Shown: positions 24,600 through 38,370, counted from the first letter of the stretch. The stretch: DNA of 64,000 bases from Octopus vulgaris (GCA_951406725.2 OX597829.1:50158001-50222000), one strand, 5' to 3'. Made by a program: numbers and translations. Notes: generated from the letters alone by a model not told the origin.

Positions 24600-24720
24600 A
24601 CATTCCATTGGCTAAAAGCTGGCCAATCAGCATGGATCAGCAGATTCTTTCGTAAACTATTCTTAATGAATCTACCGCTGGCTATAAAATGAGTCCAGTG
24701 TTTAGAATTTAAACAGAGAG
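24600..24720 (+). promoter_or_regulatory. Possible Pol II promoter-like cluster (ATTGG, CCAAT, TATAAAA)
   Basis: Two CCAAT boxes in opposite orientation about 60-75 bp upstream of GCTATAAAA, in non-repetitive sequence. Confidence 0.25.
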
Positions 24721-27416
24721 GAACCCCCCATTAGTGTCTTAGCTAGGGGTGGTTTTTACCAAATACGCATGCTCATTTTTATTTTTTTCTCCATTTCTTT
24801 CTTTCTCTCACTCTCTCTTTGTCTTTCATTCCCTCTTTTACTCCCTTACAATCTATCATCTCCTCAATTGACTAACTTAATACACGGATTCTATGTCTCT
24901 CATTCATTTCTTCTGTAGAACTACACAGATAAAATAAACACAGGAACATATTTTCAATTTAGGAATGCGCATAAGCACAGGCATGGCTGCGAGGTTACAA
25001 AGTTTGCTTCTCAACCGTGTAGCTCTGAGTTCAGTCCCACTACATGACACGTTGGGGGCTAATATCTTGTACTATAAACCCAAAGCTTTGTGAGTGAATT
25101 CGGTGAACAGAAACTGAAAGTAGCTTCTTGTATATGTATGTGTGTGTGCTAGCGTCTCCTCGTCTTGATATTGTATGATAGTTGTAAATGAACTTCACTG
25201 CCATACAAGGTGGCATCCTTCATTTCCAGTCTTCTGCAAAAATATGTCTGGTCACGAAGAGTAAAAAAAAAATTACCTTGTTTAGAAACAGGTGAGGCTT
25301 GGCGACAAGAAGAAGGTTTCCCTTAGTATATTCTGTCTGACCCATGCAAGCATTGAAAAGTGGATGTTAAACAGTTATGATGATGATGATAAGTGACAGA
25401 AATGTCAACGATGATGATGATGATGAGGAGGAGGAGGAGGAGGAGGATGATATAGGTGACAGAAATGATGACGATGATGAAGATGATGATAATGACAATG
25501 ATGATGATGGCAACAGTGACAGGGTTGACAACAGAGATGGTGATGATGATGATGTTGATGGTGAATAATGGGAAGCGTTCACTCTTAGATAAACATAGGG
25601 AAGTTATTTTCCCTTGCAATTACATTTCTTACGACACATTTTTTTCCTGACAATTCTCTTTCACATCAAAGGAAAACACAGAAATATTATTTATTTTATG
25701 AACTAATAAATGATGTTTCTTGCAAGATTATGGAAAAAGAATTCTTTCTAATAGAAAGGAACCACAACGACATTCCGTAATGTACATTACAAAAGAAACT
25801 TCCCAACATTTTCCTGTTGTAATCTATCTCTTTCATATTGCATTTGATATTAGCTCTCCTCAACAAACAAAATTAAATAACTAAAGTGCCACAAAAAATG
25901 CACCCACTCCATGATGTAAAGTAGTTGATGTTTGGAAGGGCATCTAGCCGTAGAAATCACACGAATGCAAACAAGTATAGTACGATGCACAATGCAGTTT
26001 TCAAACTGTCCAACCCATGCCAGCATGAAAGATGGGCGTTAAATGATGATGATAATGATCATGATGATGATGATGGTTATGTTGTTGCTGCTGTTGCTTT
26101 TTTTGTTTTTTGTTAAGCAACAAGATGGGTAAGGGTGATTAGGTGATGGTCTAAGGCTCGGACCTTAGAAAAAAAAAAAACTTTGGTCATCTTGTTGTAG
26201 TCGAGGGCTCTTCGTTGACACCCGACACCACTTGGAGGTGGCCCTCGAAGTCGCTGGAAATGGAGATCTCCAGGTCCAAATTCTTGGACTGTTGCTGCTG
26301 TTGACGATGAAGATGTAAAGATCCCCTTCAGTCATAAATGACCATGGGATTGCGCTTAGAAAGTTACCCTCTGAGACACAAGTCTGGGCAAATTTGCTTA
26401 TGGAAGACCAGCAGTCACCTACGCATGCCAGCCTCTCCTCTCCATGCTACCAATGTTATCCAAGGGAAAGGCAAAGGGGCCGATACAGCTTGGCACCAGT
26501 AATGTTGCAACTCATTTCTACAGCTGAGTAAACTGGAGCAACATGAAATAAAGGGTCTTGCTCAAGAACACAACACACAGCCCGGTCTGGGAATCGAACT
26601 CACTGACTCATGATTGTGAGTCCAACGTTCTAACCATTGAGCCATGCACTTTCACATAATGGTATATAGTATTGATGATATACACTAAAGAAATTGTGTT
26701 TCCACCTCTTTCGGGTATTTCAAACATTCACCAACATCAGATTTCCTTTGCTTTTATTAAAAGCTAATCAGGGAGATTTTGAGAAGACAATACAACCGAT
26801 CAGGGAGATCTTGAGAAGACTATACAAATCTGATGAGGTCTAATAGACTGAAACACATTCATTGTTGCAGTCTCTTATCTCCAAAGTTCATATTCTCCCG
26901 AAGTAAATTAAATTTTGGGAGATGAAATCATAATTTCTTGAAAGCAGGCGGTAATTATATCTGCCTTCCTTTGAGAGTTGGTTAGCAATTAGCGCTAGCT
27001 TTCTTATCTTTATAGATGTTGATTCCAAAAACTGGTTCATTTGTTGAGTCTGCTTTGGCTAATACTTCTCTCTCTCTCTCTCTCTCTCTCTTCTAAGCAT
27101 TCCCCACATTCAGAAATCTCTCACAGTGACATTTCCATGTATATATGTATGTATGTATGTATCATCGGAAAGAAGAAGCACACTTTAAGATGTAGAGCAG
27201 TATATATTAAAAATAGGGAAGGTCGGTTTATGGGATTATCTTTGGTTTCCAATCCATAAAGGGTCCATGACAGATCATGGGCTTACAAAGTTTTGGGATC
27301 TGATGATACGCCCTAAAGGTAAACCCTTTGTGGACAAGAAACCTAAGGTAATCCCATAAATCGGTCTTCCCATTTATATATATAGAAATACACACACACA
27401 CACACACATATATATG

Positions 27417-27449
<33 letters not shown>

Positions 27450-27559
27450 GTATATATATATGTGTTGTGTTCTTGAGCAAGGCACTTTACCCTTTATATA
27501 TATGTATACCCTTTATATATATGTATATATATATATATATATACAAAAAATAGTAGTTG

Positions 27560-27806
27560 ACTGGCTTCTGTGCCGGTGGCACGTAAAAAGCACCAACCGA
27601 TCGTGGCCGCTGCCAGCCTCCCCTGGCACGTAAAAAGCACCCACTACACTCACGGAGTGGTTGGCGTTAGGAAGGGCATCCAGCTGTAGAAACACTGCCA
27701 GATCAGACTGGAGCCAGGTGCAGCCTCCTGGCTTCCCAGACCCCGGTCAAACCGTCCAACCCATGCTAGCACAGAAAACGGATGTTAAACGATGATGATG
27801 ATGATA
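27560..27806 (+). mobile_element. RTE LINE 3'-UTR fragment (others at about 4430-4680, 19995-20355, 30120-30800, 34784-35200, 35985-36320, 38697-39500, 42066-42360, 53460-53915, 55800-55985, 57140-57480, 63835-64000)
   Basis: GGCACGTAAAAAGCACC motifs, GGTTGGCGTTAGGAAGGGCATCCAGC, CCAACCCATGCTAGC and (GAT)n tail. Confidence 0.85.
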
Positions 27807-30082
27807 TATATATATAATAAAGTCCTAAAAACTGTTTAGTGTAAAAAACTATGAAGAAAGAGAAATTAAGATGAAAGGAATTAATTTACTCTGGACTTCA
27901 AAGATTTCAGGTCATAAGAAGGGGGAAAACAATGAGATGGAAGAGAGTTGCAAAGTCTGGCAGTTTGATGGGAAAAGAAGCTAAGACTGTAGAAAGACTT
28001 TCTTATTCTTGGAAGCAGAACAGAATTTGGATGAGAATGCTGTATCAGGTGAGTTGGCACAGAGTGATCTGGAGGGTTTTGAGAAGACTGCATGAAGCTT
28101 ATGAGGTGTAATAGATTGAGACATGCCCATTGCTGCTGCTGTCTCTTATCTGCAAAGTTCATATTCTTCCTAATGTCTTTTTGCATGTATGTAGGAGTTG
28201 AGGGACTGCAGAAAGTGGGGATGGGGTAGGACAGTCAATCAAAAAAATATTTGTGGACATTTATGCGGGTCATTCGAACACAAGACAGCTAAAAAACAAC
28301 CACGTGGATTCTGTTGAGACTAGTAAGAAACAATTATGAACTTTTTTATTACACTCAACTTGAAATTTACAGCTATTATACCTACTACCAACAAAACACC
28401 ACCACATGGATTCTATTGAGACTAGTAAGAAACAATTATGAATTTTTCTATTACACTTAACTTTTCAAAATATTTTTGATAAGGTTCGTTTTTTTCAAGA
28501 ACCGAAACATGTAAAATTTCTAAGAAAATTAAAATTTATCTAATATAGTGGCGTTTTCAAACTTCTTTTTTACAAATATATACCCACTCGTATACGATCT
28601 ACACTTATTATAAATATATATATATAGGCGCAGGAGTGGCTGTGTGGTAAGTAGCTTGCTAACCAACCACATGGTTCCAGGTTCAGTCCCACGGTGTGGC
28701 ATCTTCGGCAAGTGTCTTCTGCTATAGCCCCGGGCCGACCAATGCCTTGTGAGTGGATTTGGAAGACGGAAACTGAAAGAAGCCTGTCATATATATCTAT
28801 ATATATATATATATGTATGTATGTGTTTGTGTGTGTGTGTTTGTCCCCCTAGCATTGCTTGACAACCGATGCTGGTGTGTTTACGTCCCCGTCACTTAGC
28901 GGTTCGGCAAAAAGGGACCGATAGAATAAGTACTGGGCTTACAAAAGAATAAGTCCCGGGGTCGAGTTGCTCGACTAAAGGCGGTGCTCCAGCATGGCCG
29001 CAGTCAAATGACTGAAACAAGTAAAAGAGTTAAAGAGTATATATATGTGTGTGCGTGTGTTTATATTAAATAACCTGGATGTGACAAACTTTGTGCCGAA
29101 CTCTTTGTGATGGTGGAAGCCCTAATATTTATATTCAGTATTTTGCCACCTACACAATGTTGACCACACCCAGCTTATTACATAAAACACACCTGCACAC
29201 AAACACGTAAATATCAATACATATTCTTAAGAATGACCACCCTATACCCCATCACATTTCCGGCTCTACTCCACTACACACACATCTCTCCCATCCTGCC
29301 TGCATCCAAGCACTAACCCAATTCTGCAGACACTAACCCCTTACAATGTAGTGGAACTCTGATCCTCATCCAAGGGACATAACTCTAACAAGATTCTCCT
29401 GTGCTTCTAGGAGTTTTTTCATAATAGTTTTATACAAACCCACGAATAGCATTTTTTTTTTTGTTTGTTTCTCTTTAATCTTTTTATTTGATTCAGTCAA
29501 TAGACTCCAGCCATGCTGGAGCACTACCTTGAATTTTTAGTTTAATGAATTGATCGTAGTACTTTAGTTTTTGTGGCACTTTTTTCAATTCCAGTGCCAA
29601 AGAATTGGTACCATACTTTTCCAATCAGCCCTTCTGAAGAGCACTGGGATTTGCTTTGTTTCCTTATTTTTTTTAATTTTCCCCAAATTCATGTGACCCA
29701 ATTGGTAAAAAAAAAAATGAAAATTATTTGAGGATAATTACACGTATTGAGAAGAGCATTGTTGCTGTGAATTTTCTTTCCTCCGCCTTTTATTTTCTTT
29801 CTTTTCTTTTTTCATTTCTTTTCCTATTTTTTAATTTTCCTTCTTCTTATCACATGCCTTAGTAACTGAACAATCTGGTGTATTTATTTTAATGACCTAC
29901 TACATGCAAGCAGTAAGTTTCTTTGCCCTAGGTGTCATGAAGATACTTGGCAAGAAATGGAAATAAAACTGTAAGAAGAGAATAATGATAATAATAATAA
30001 TAATAACAATAATAATAATGATATGATAATATACCCACTCTTTTCACCAATATATGAGCGTTTTTTTTTTTTTTGGACTATG

Positions 30083-30119
<37 letters not shown>

Positions 30120-30836
30120 ATCATCATCATTTAATATTTGTTGTCCATACTGGCATGGGTTGGACAGTTTGACTAAAGCCGGTAAGCTGAGAGGCTGCAC
30201 TAGATTCCAGTCTGATTTGGCATGGTTTTCTATGACTGGATGTCCTTCCTAATGCCAACCACTCCAAGAATATAATGGGTGTTTTTGCCTTCCACTGGCA
30301 TGGGTGCCTGTTGTGTGACACCAATGTCTGCTACAACTGCAATTTCGCTCGGCTTGATGATTCTTATTTCTCCAGCACAGCATATTGCCAAAGGTCTCGA
30401 GCATTTGTTGTTGCCTCTGTGAGGCCCAGTACTCAAAAGGTGCTTTTTATGTGTCACCAGCACGGTTGCTCGTTCCATGACACCAGCATCGGCCACATTG
30501 GCTCCATGATTCTCAAAACTCACAAGGTGATTTTTACATGCCACTGGCAAGGGTGCCAGTAATATTACACTGAAAATGGCCACAACTATGATTCCATTTG
30601 GCTTCATGGGTCTTCATAACCACAGCATATTGCCAAATGTCTTGGTTGCTATTCATTGCCTCCATAAGGCCCAGCATTCAAAGATCATGCTTCATCACTT
30701 CATACTATTTTTTCCTGGGTCTACCTCTTCCACACCTTCCTTCCACTGGTAGAGATTGGTACTTCTTCACTCAGCTGTCCACATCCATATGCATCACATA
30801 ACCATATATATATCAAAGACAGGTGTAGGAACAATA

Positions 30837-31256
30837 AGGCAGTGAGCTGGCAGAAACATTAGCACGCCGGGCGAAATGCTTAGTGGTATTTCGTCTGCCT
30901 CTACATTCTGAGTTCAAATACCGCCGAGGTCGACTTTGCCTTTCATCCTTTCGGGGTCGATTAAATAAGCACCAGTTATGCACTGGGGTCGATATAATCA
31001 ACTTAATCCGTTTGTCTGTCCTTGTTTGTCCCCTCTGTGTTTAGCCCCTTGTGGGTAGTAAAGAAATAGGTATTTCGTCTGTCTTTACGTTCTGAGTTCA
31101 AATTTCACCGATGTCGACTTTGCCTTTCATCCATTCGGGGTCGATTAAATAAGTACCAGTTACGCACTGGGGTCGATGTAATCGACTTAATCCGTTTGTC
31201 TGTCCTTGTTTGTCCCCCTCTGTGTTTAGCCCCTTGTGGGTAGTAAAGAAATAGGT
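30837..31256 (+). mobile_element. tRNA-derived SINE family B: head plus two tandem 184-bp bodies; single-body copy at 31726-31958
   Basis: A box AGCTGGCAGAAAC.TTAG, B box GTTCAAAT, central GTCGACTTTGCCTTTCATCCTTTCGGGGTCGA. 14-bp TSD AGGTGTAGGAACAA at 30821-30834 and 31253-31266. Confidence 0.85.
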
Positions 31257-32613
31257 GTAGGAACAACAAGCAAGTGTATTAGTTTAATGCTCGGGAAGAA
31301 TGGTAAAGTCTTTTACATTTCAAGCCTGCACTCTTCGACAGAAAGGATTAAGAGGGGAAAAAAAGGAGAGAGAATGGAAAAAAAAAAAAACGGAGAGAGA
31401 AAAAAATTTTTTGTCGAGATTTATGGTCCAACATGATGAAATAGCCATGAAGAAAAAGGCTGAATGAAAGGGAGATAATGACAGTGACCCGGTCGAATGA
31501 ATTTGTTCTTGCACACATATGTGCATATGAGAAGGGTGTATGTATGAATGAGGGTGAGTGTGTGAGTATGTATGTGTGGGTGAGCTGAAAAATATGTGGA
31601 CCTGTGTGTGTGTATGTGTGTAAGTGACCCAGTGCATACATTACGTGGAGTGATATGCGTTACATGTACTGGTATGTATGTGTGTATGCATGTGTGTAAA
31701 TATATGTGTGCAAACGCATATATTAAGGCGGCGAGCTGGCAGAAACGTTAGCGCACCGGGCGAAATGCTTAGCAGTATTTCGTCTGCTGTTACATTCTGA
31801 GTTCAAATTTTGGCCGAGGACGACTTTGCCTTTCATCCTTTCGGGGTCGATAAATTAAGTACCAGTTACGCACTGGGGTTGATATAATCAACTTACTCCA
31901 TTTGTCTGTCCTTGTTTGTCCCCTCTGTGTTTAGCCCCTTGTGGGTAGCAAAGAAATATATATGTGTGCAAACGCATTGCCCTGGGTGTGTGTGTATGCG
32001 TACAAATAACATAGTGTATGTGCTATGCGTTTTGTGTATTTGTGTGCACATGTATGGATGTGTGTATATGCATGAGCATGCATATGACATGTGTATATGT
32101 GTGAGGTTAACATGTGTGTGTGTGTGTGGGCATGTGTAAAAGCTTGAGTTCAGCAGTTGATAAGTGCTTGTTCAGGTGGTGTGAGCACATGTGTATGTGT
32201 GTGTGAATGTAACCATATAGTGCACATGTGTACGGTGTATGTGGGCAAAAGTTATCTGTGTCTATGCATGTTGCATGTGGTTATAATCTAGGCAATCACC
32301 ACAGTAACTCTTCTTAGAAGAGGATGGCAGCGTAAAGGCTACACCTTCGAATCACGCAAAGAATGCTTGGTTATATTCCTGCAAATTTTTATAGAAGCAC
32401 TCTACAAATCCAAGGCATGTGTACCAAATACATATGTTATAATATTCACACATTAAATAAGATGATTTGTAAATCAAATTAAAATGCCTGATGAAATGAA
32501 CTGGCTCTAAATTTATTATATACCATTGCATAACTTTTGATTATAATATAAAATGAATGCTGTCGTTCATTGAAACATACATAATATAAATTTGACTTTT
32601 CTATTACTTAATT

Positions 32614-32666
<53 letters not shown>

Positions 32667-32911
32667 GTGTGTGAGTGTGTGTGTGTACATGCATGTGGCT
32701 ATGGGTGTAAATGAATGCGTCTAAATTAAGTTTATTGGATCTTACTTTCACTTACAATAATTCATATTTCTATTAGAATTCTTAAGTGACAAGTCTAACG
32801 ATAATTGATAAATGAATATTAAGTTAGCAAAATTCTTAAATTTTTACAAATATATCTAAATTTATATGAACATATATAGAACTGACTTTGTATACAAACA
32901 CATATGCATGC

Positions 32912-32957
<46 letters not shown>

Positions 32958-32961
32958 AAAA

Positions 32962-32995
<34 letters not shown>

Positions 32996-35900
32996 AAATA
33001 TATATATATATGTGTGTAAATATATATATATATATGTATATATATACATACATACACACACACACGCACACATATACACAGGTGCATATACAAATATATA
33101 TACACATATACATATACAAACATGTATATATATACATATGTGCACATATGCATACAAACATACATGTACACATTCATCCATCCACCGATCGATGCATGCA
33201 TGCATGCAGCCATGCCTACACACCTATGTACACATATACACACATACATGTACATACATACCAACTCATCTACCTACCTACATACATGTATACACACACA
33301 CGTGCATACATACATGTTTGCATGCATATGCATGCACACATACATGCACGTGTGTGTGTGTGTGTGTGTGTGAGACAGAGCATGTGGGTTTGCAATTGTG
33401 CGCCGCATGCATGTTTGAGTGCATATCAAAACCAATCTCAGCATTTACAACATATCATCACATGACGTACGTCTATCAGATTATTGGATTTTTAAATATC
33501 CGCTCTTTAAATTTCATAACTATGTAATTTGAAATTTCTTAATTGTAAACATTACTGGATAATGTTTATTATATTTTACGCTTAATTATATTATGTACCA
33601 TTTTTTTTTTTTTTTTTCCGTTTCATTAAATTCAGTTTCATTGTAATATGATTAATAATATCTTAATTACTCGCATGTAATAATTATTGGCTTAGAAAAT
33701 GTGAGGAAAATTTATTTGCAACAATAGATTAAAGATAAATACTTTCACTGCAATAATTTACATGCAGTCCTTTCAGGTTTTGATTTCAATTCCTGCCAGG
33801 GTGTAAAATTTATGTCCATAAATTTTCCCCAGTGCTTAACCTTTTAGTGTTCAGATTACTCTGTTAAATGTAATATTTTTTTACTCAAATTATTTTTAAT
33901 TAATCATGCATTATCTTATAGCTTTGAGGTTTCAATGACGTGATTGTTCATTTTTTGAATGTCAATGCAGGTTAGGTGTGAGAGGCCTGATCTGGTCAGT
34001 TTAAACATAAAATAGGTAGAAAACTTCGGCCGGATATGGCCAGTTTAAACACTAAAGGGTTAATGAATCACATAACAAAATAGAATTGGAGCCACAAGAA
34101 AAAAAATGGTTGTCTTTAGAAAGGTCATCCAGTTATAGAAACCATGTCAAGGTAGATGTGGAGGTACATGGCCTAGTGGTTAGAGCAGCGGACTCGCGGT
34201 TGAGAGATCGCAGGTTTGAATCTCAGACCGGGCGATGTGTGTGTTTATGAGCGAAACACCTAAGCTCCATGTGGCTCTGGCAGAAGGTAATGGTGAACTT
34301 CTGCTGACTCTTTCGCCATAACTTTCTCCCACTCTTTCCTCCTGCATCTTGCAGCTCACCTGTGATGGACCAGCGTCCCATCCAGGTGAGGAACCTATAC
34401 GCCAAGAAAACCGGGAAACCGGCCCTTATGAACCAGGCATGGCTCGAGAAGGAAGAAGGAATGTCGAGGTAGATGATAGAGTTTGGTGCAATTCTCTGGA
34501 TTGTTGGCTCCTATCAAACTGTCTAACCCATGCCACCATGGCAAAACGAGTGTTAAACAATGGTAATACCAATGTTGATAATGATGATGATGTACCAGTG
34601 ATATACTGAGCACAGTGCATAGATTTATTCCACTCATTTTTTAGCAAGTACATGCATAAGAATCGAACCACTAATCCAGAAATGTGGATACCATGCAAGA
34701 ATTCAATAAAAATGTTAAAACTGAATTTTAGCATAACTTATACAAACTGCCATCAGTTCTATTATCCATCTCTGCATATATATCATCATCATCATCATTG
34801 TCGTTTAACGTCTGTTCTCCATGCTAGCATGGGTTGGACGGTTCGACCGGGGATCTGGGAAGCCAGAAGGCTGCACCAGGCTCCAGTCTTATCTGGCAAT
34901 GTTTTTACAGCTGGATGCCTTTCCTAACGCCAACCACTCCGTGAGTGTAGTGGGTGCTTTTTACGTGCCTCCTGCACAGGTGCCAGGCGAGGCTGGCAAC
35001 GGCCACGGTTGGATTGGTGTATTTTACGTGCCACCGGCACGGAAGCCAGTCGAGGCGGCGCTGGCATCAGCTACGAGTCGGATGGTGCTTTTTACGTGCC
35101 ACTGGCACAGAAGCCAGTGGAGGCGGTGCTGGCATCGGCCACGAGTCGGATAGTGCTTTTTACGTACCACCAGACCAGGGATCCTGGCTGGTTCAATTCG
35201 ATTTCGATTTCGCTAACATTAGCACTGAGTGCAGTAGTGGTGGCATTGTCATGATCACCATCAATTTACATGGGGTAGCATAGGATTTTCTTTCCAGCAT
35301 TATCTCTGACCATTTGGGTCAGTCCTTTTGCCATCTTCTTTGTGAGGTCCATTCATTGTCCTAAGATTGGTTGTCACCACTTTTTCTTGTGTCTGTTTCT
35401 GTCACTTCTTTCTATTCAGGACATTTGCCCCTTTTTTTTTTCTTCCATTTATTTTTTTTAATTAACAGTTGCAGGAGCGGCTGTGTGGTAAGTAGCTTGC
35501 TTACCAGCCACATGGTTCCGGGTTCAGTCCCACTGCGTGACACCTTGGGCAAGTGTCTTCTACTATAGCCTCGGGCCGACCAAAGCCTTGTGAGTGGATT
35601 TGGTAGACGGAAACTGAAAGAAGCCTGTCGTATATATATATATATATATATGTATATGTATTATGTGTGTGTATGTGTTTGTGTGTCTGTGTTTGTCCCC
35701 CCAACATCGCTTGACAACCGATGCTGGTGTGTTTATGTCCCCGTAACTTAGCGGTTTGGCAAAAAGAGACCGATGTAATAAGTACTAGGCTTACAAAGAA
35801 TACGTCCCGGGGTCGATTTGCTCGACTAAAGGCGGTGCTCCAGCATGGCCACAGTCAAATGACTGAAACAAGTAAAAGAGTAAAAGAGAGAGTCAACTGT

Positions 35901-36329
35901 CATCATAGGAATTCTACAAGAATTTGAAATTTATTTCGAAGACCCTCTCACTGTTAATTAATTGCTACACACGAGCACCCATGCAGCATCAGGTAAAAGT
36001 GTCTCTGTGTGGTGCCACGTAAAAGCACCTGGAAGATGCCATGTAAAAGCACCGATATGCATCACGTAAAAGCACTCATGGCAGTGCCACGTAAAAGTAC
36101 CCGTGCAGCGCCACATAAAAGTGTCTGTGCAGTGCCACGTAAAAAGCACCCAGTACGCTCTGTAAATTGGTTGGCATTAGGAAGAGCATCCAGCTATAGA
36201 AACCATGCCACAGCAGACTGGAGTCCGGTGCAGCTCCCCAGCTTTGGTAAAACCATCCAACCCATACAAGTATGGATAGCAGACATTAGACGACAACGAT
36301 GATGATTATGATGATGATATGTCTTCTCC

Positions 36330-38080
36330 CTTAAATTGTCTACAATTTCACTGCATCTCTTGTACATAAATGGCTTACACTGAAGGCATCAAAATGGAAT
36401 TCCTTTTCTGTACATTGAGAATGTTCATTTTTTTTTTTTTTTTTATCCCTGTTGGCAATATAATTCCTCCTACCTTCTTTCTTTCAAACCAAAACACTTG
36501 TCTTTGTTAGGTTTGCCAAGATCTCTCAATTCTAAGTTTTACATCCACATTTGACATGTCTTGTCAAGTTTTATGACAGATTCAGCTGTGAAAAATCACG
36601 GATCCTACACTAGAGAACTATAACAAACATAAGGACTAAGAATTGAGCCGTGAGGAACACCTACATGCATGCCAAATGTTTTACTGAGCTCATTGCTAAC
36701 TTGCACTATCCTGGCAAAATCACAATATATGAGTTGCCATTCATCCATACCCAGTTTACATTTTTTCAACAACAACCAGACTACAGGGAATATAAATTTC
36801 AAATTTTAGCACAAGGCCAGCAATTTGGGGGGAAAGGGAGAGTCAATTACATCGAACCCAGTGGTCTGGTACTTACTCTTTTACTTGTTTCAGTCATTTG
36901 ACTGCGGCCATGCTGGAGCACTACCTTAAATCAAGCAACTCGACCCCGGGACTTATTCTTTGTAAGCCCAGTACTTATTCTATCGGTGTCTTTTGCCGAA
37001 CTGCTAAGTGATGGGGACGTAAACACACCAGCATCAGTTGTCAAGCAATGCTAGAGGGACAAACACAGACACACACATACATATATACGACAGGATTCTT
37101 TCAGTTTCCGTCTACCAAATCCACTCACAAGGCTTTGGTTGGCCCGAGGCTATAGTAGAAGACACTTGCCCAAGATGCCACGCAGTGGGACTGAACCCAG
37201 AACCATGTGGTTGGTAGGCAAGCTACTTACCACACAGCCACTCCTGCGCCTAGTTTACATTTTTTCAACAACAACCAGACTACAGGGAATATAAATTTCA
37301 AATTTTAGCACAAGGCCAGCAATTTTGGAGGAAGGGAGAGTCAATTACATCGAACCCAGTGCTCCGCTGGTACTTATTTTATTTTCTCTGAAAGGATGGA
37401 AGGCAAAGTCAACCTTGGCAGAATTTGAAGTCAGAACATAAATACGGACGAAATGCCAATCAACATTTTGTCCAACATGCTAAAGATTCTGTCTGCTTAC
37501 CACCTGGACCATAGAGAATATTATTCTCTGTGGATGGCATTGTTTTATATCAATGCTAGCTAGAATGGTTTACTCTTTGTTAAGAACTTCTGTAAATGTT
37601 TCATATGAAGAGGGCATTAGTTAGATCTATCCAGGCAGAAACCCAAACAGCATCAGATCTAAGCTAATATTTTCTTTCCTAATCGATTGTACTGTAAGTC
37701 TTTCTGTTACTTTCTAAATTTGGTCCATCAGTTCGATACCTCTGCAGTTGCTGCTTTCTGAAACATCTCCATTATTCTTGGAACGGTTGATAAAGAGACT
37801 GCTTCGTAAGTTATCAGATATGAAGCCCCCTAATTGCATTACCTAATTTACTATGCAAGTAACTACTGCATACCTTTACTTTGAAGGATATTTTCAGCAT
37901 CTCATTAACAATCCCAGGTGGTCTGACTGCTTTGTTGATCCTTCCAGTCTTTAATCCCCTGATCACACTTTTGACTGTACAGCTGTCAGCTTCAGAATTG
38001 GTCATCTGTGGGTTCTACATTGGTTGGTTCAGCCTTCTTATTCAGCAACCTTTCATAAGAGCATTTCCATATCCCTTTCT
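36330..38080 (-). mobile_element. Old degraded RTE-like RT fragments interrupted by SINEs
   Basis: 'VIRGLKTG...PPGIVNEMLK' and 'VQVSNELSKTFGMHVGVPHGSILSP' remnants. Confidence 0.6.
36873..37251 (-). mobile_element. SINE family A flanked by a ~120-bp direct duplication
   Basis: 36753-36875 is repeated at 37252-37376. Confidence 0.85.
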
Positions 38081-38370
38081 TCTCAATATCAGTTATATAT
38101 GTGTGTGTGTATGTATGTATATATATATATAATTTACAAGATAAGGGCAGAAGAAAAATTCTAATGCCAGATACACCGAAACAAAAATATTGTCGATAAC
38201 CATTAAATTTAATGGTTATCGACAATGTTTTTGTTTCGGCGTATCTGGCATTAGAAGTTTTCTTCTGCCCTTATCTTGTAAATTATGTATAAATTTTACC
38301 TTTAAAGGCATTTTTTGATATGCTGGCCATTGATAAAATTTTTTTCCCGAAAAAAATTTTATCCTATATC

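Noticed and set aside
32290-32415. Exon-like unique sequence
   Set aside because: Stops in all three minus-strand frames after the acceptor. The plus-strand reading has only a GC donor and no recognisable product.
35985-36152. CRISPR-like regularly spaced repeats
   Set aside because: Spacers are only about 6 nt, the unit is the RTE 3' UTR motif, the context is eukaryotic and there are no cas genes.
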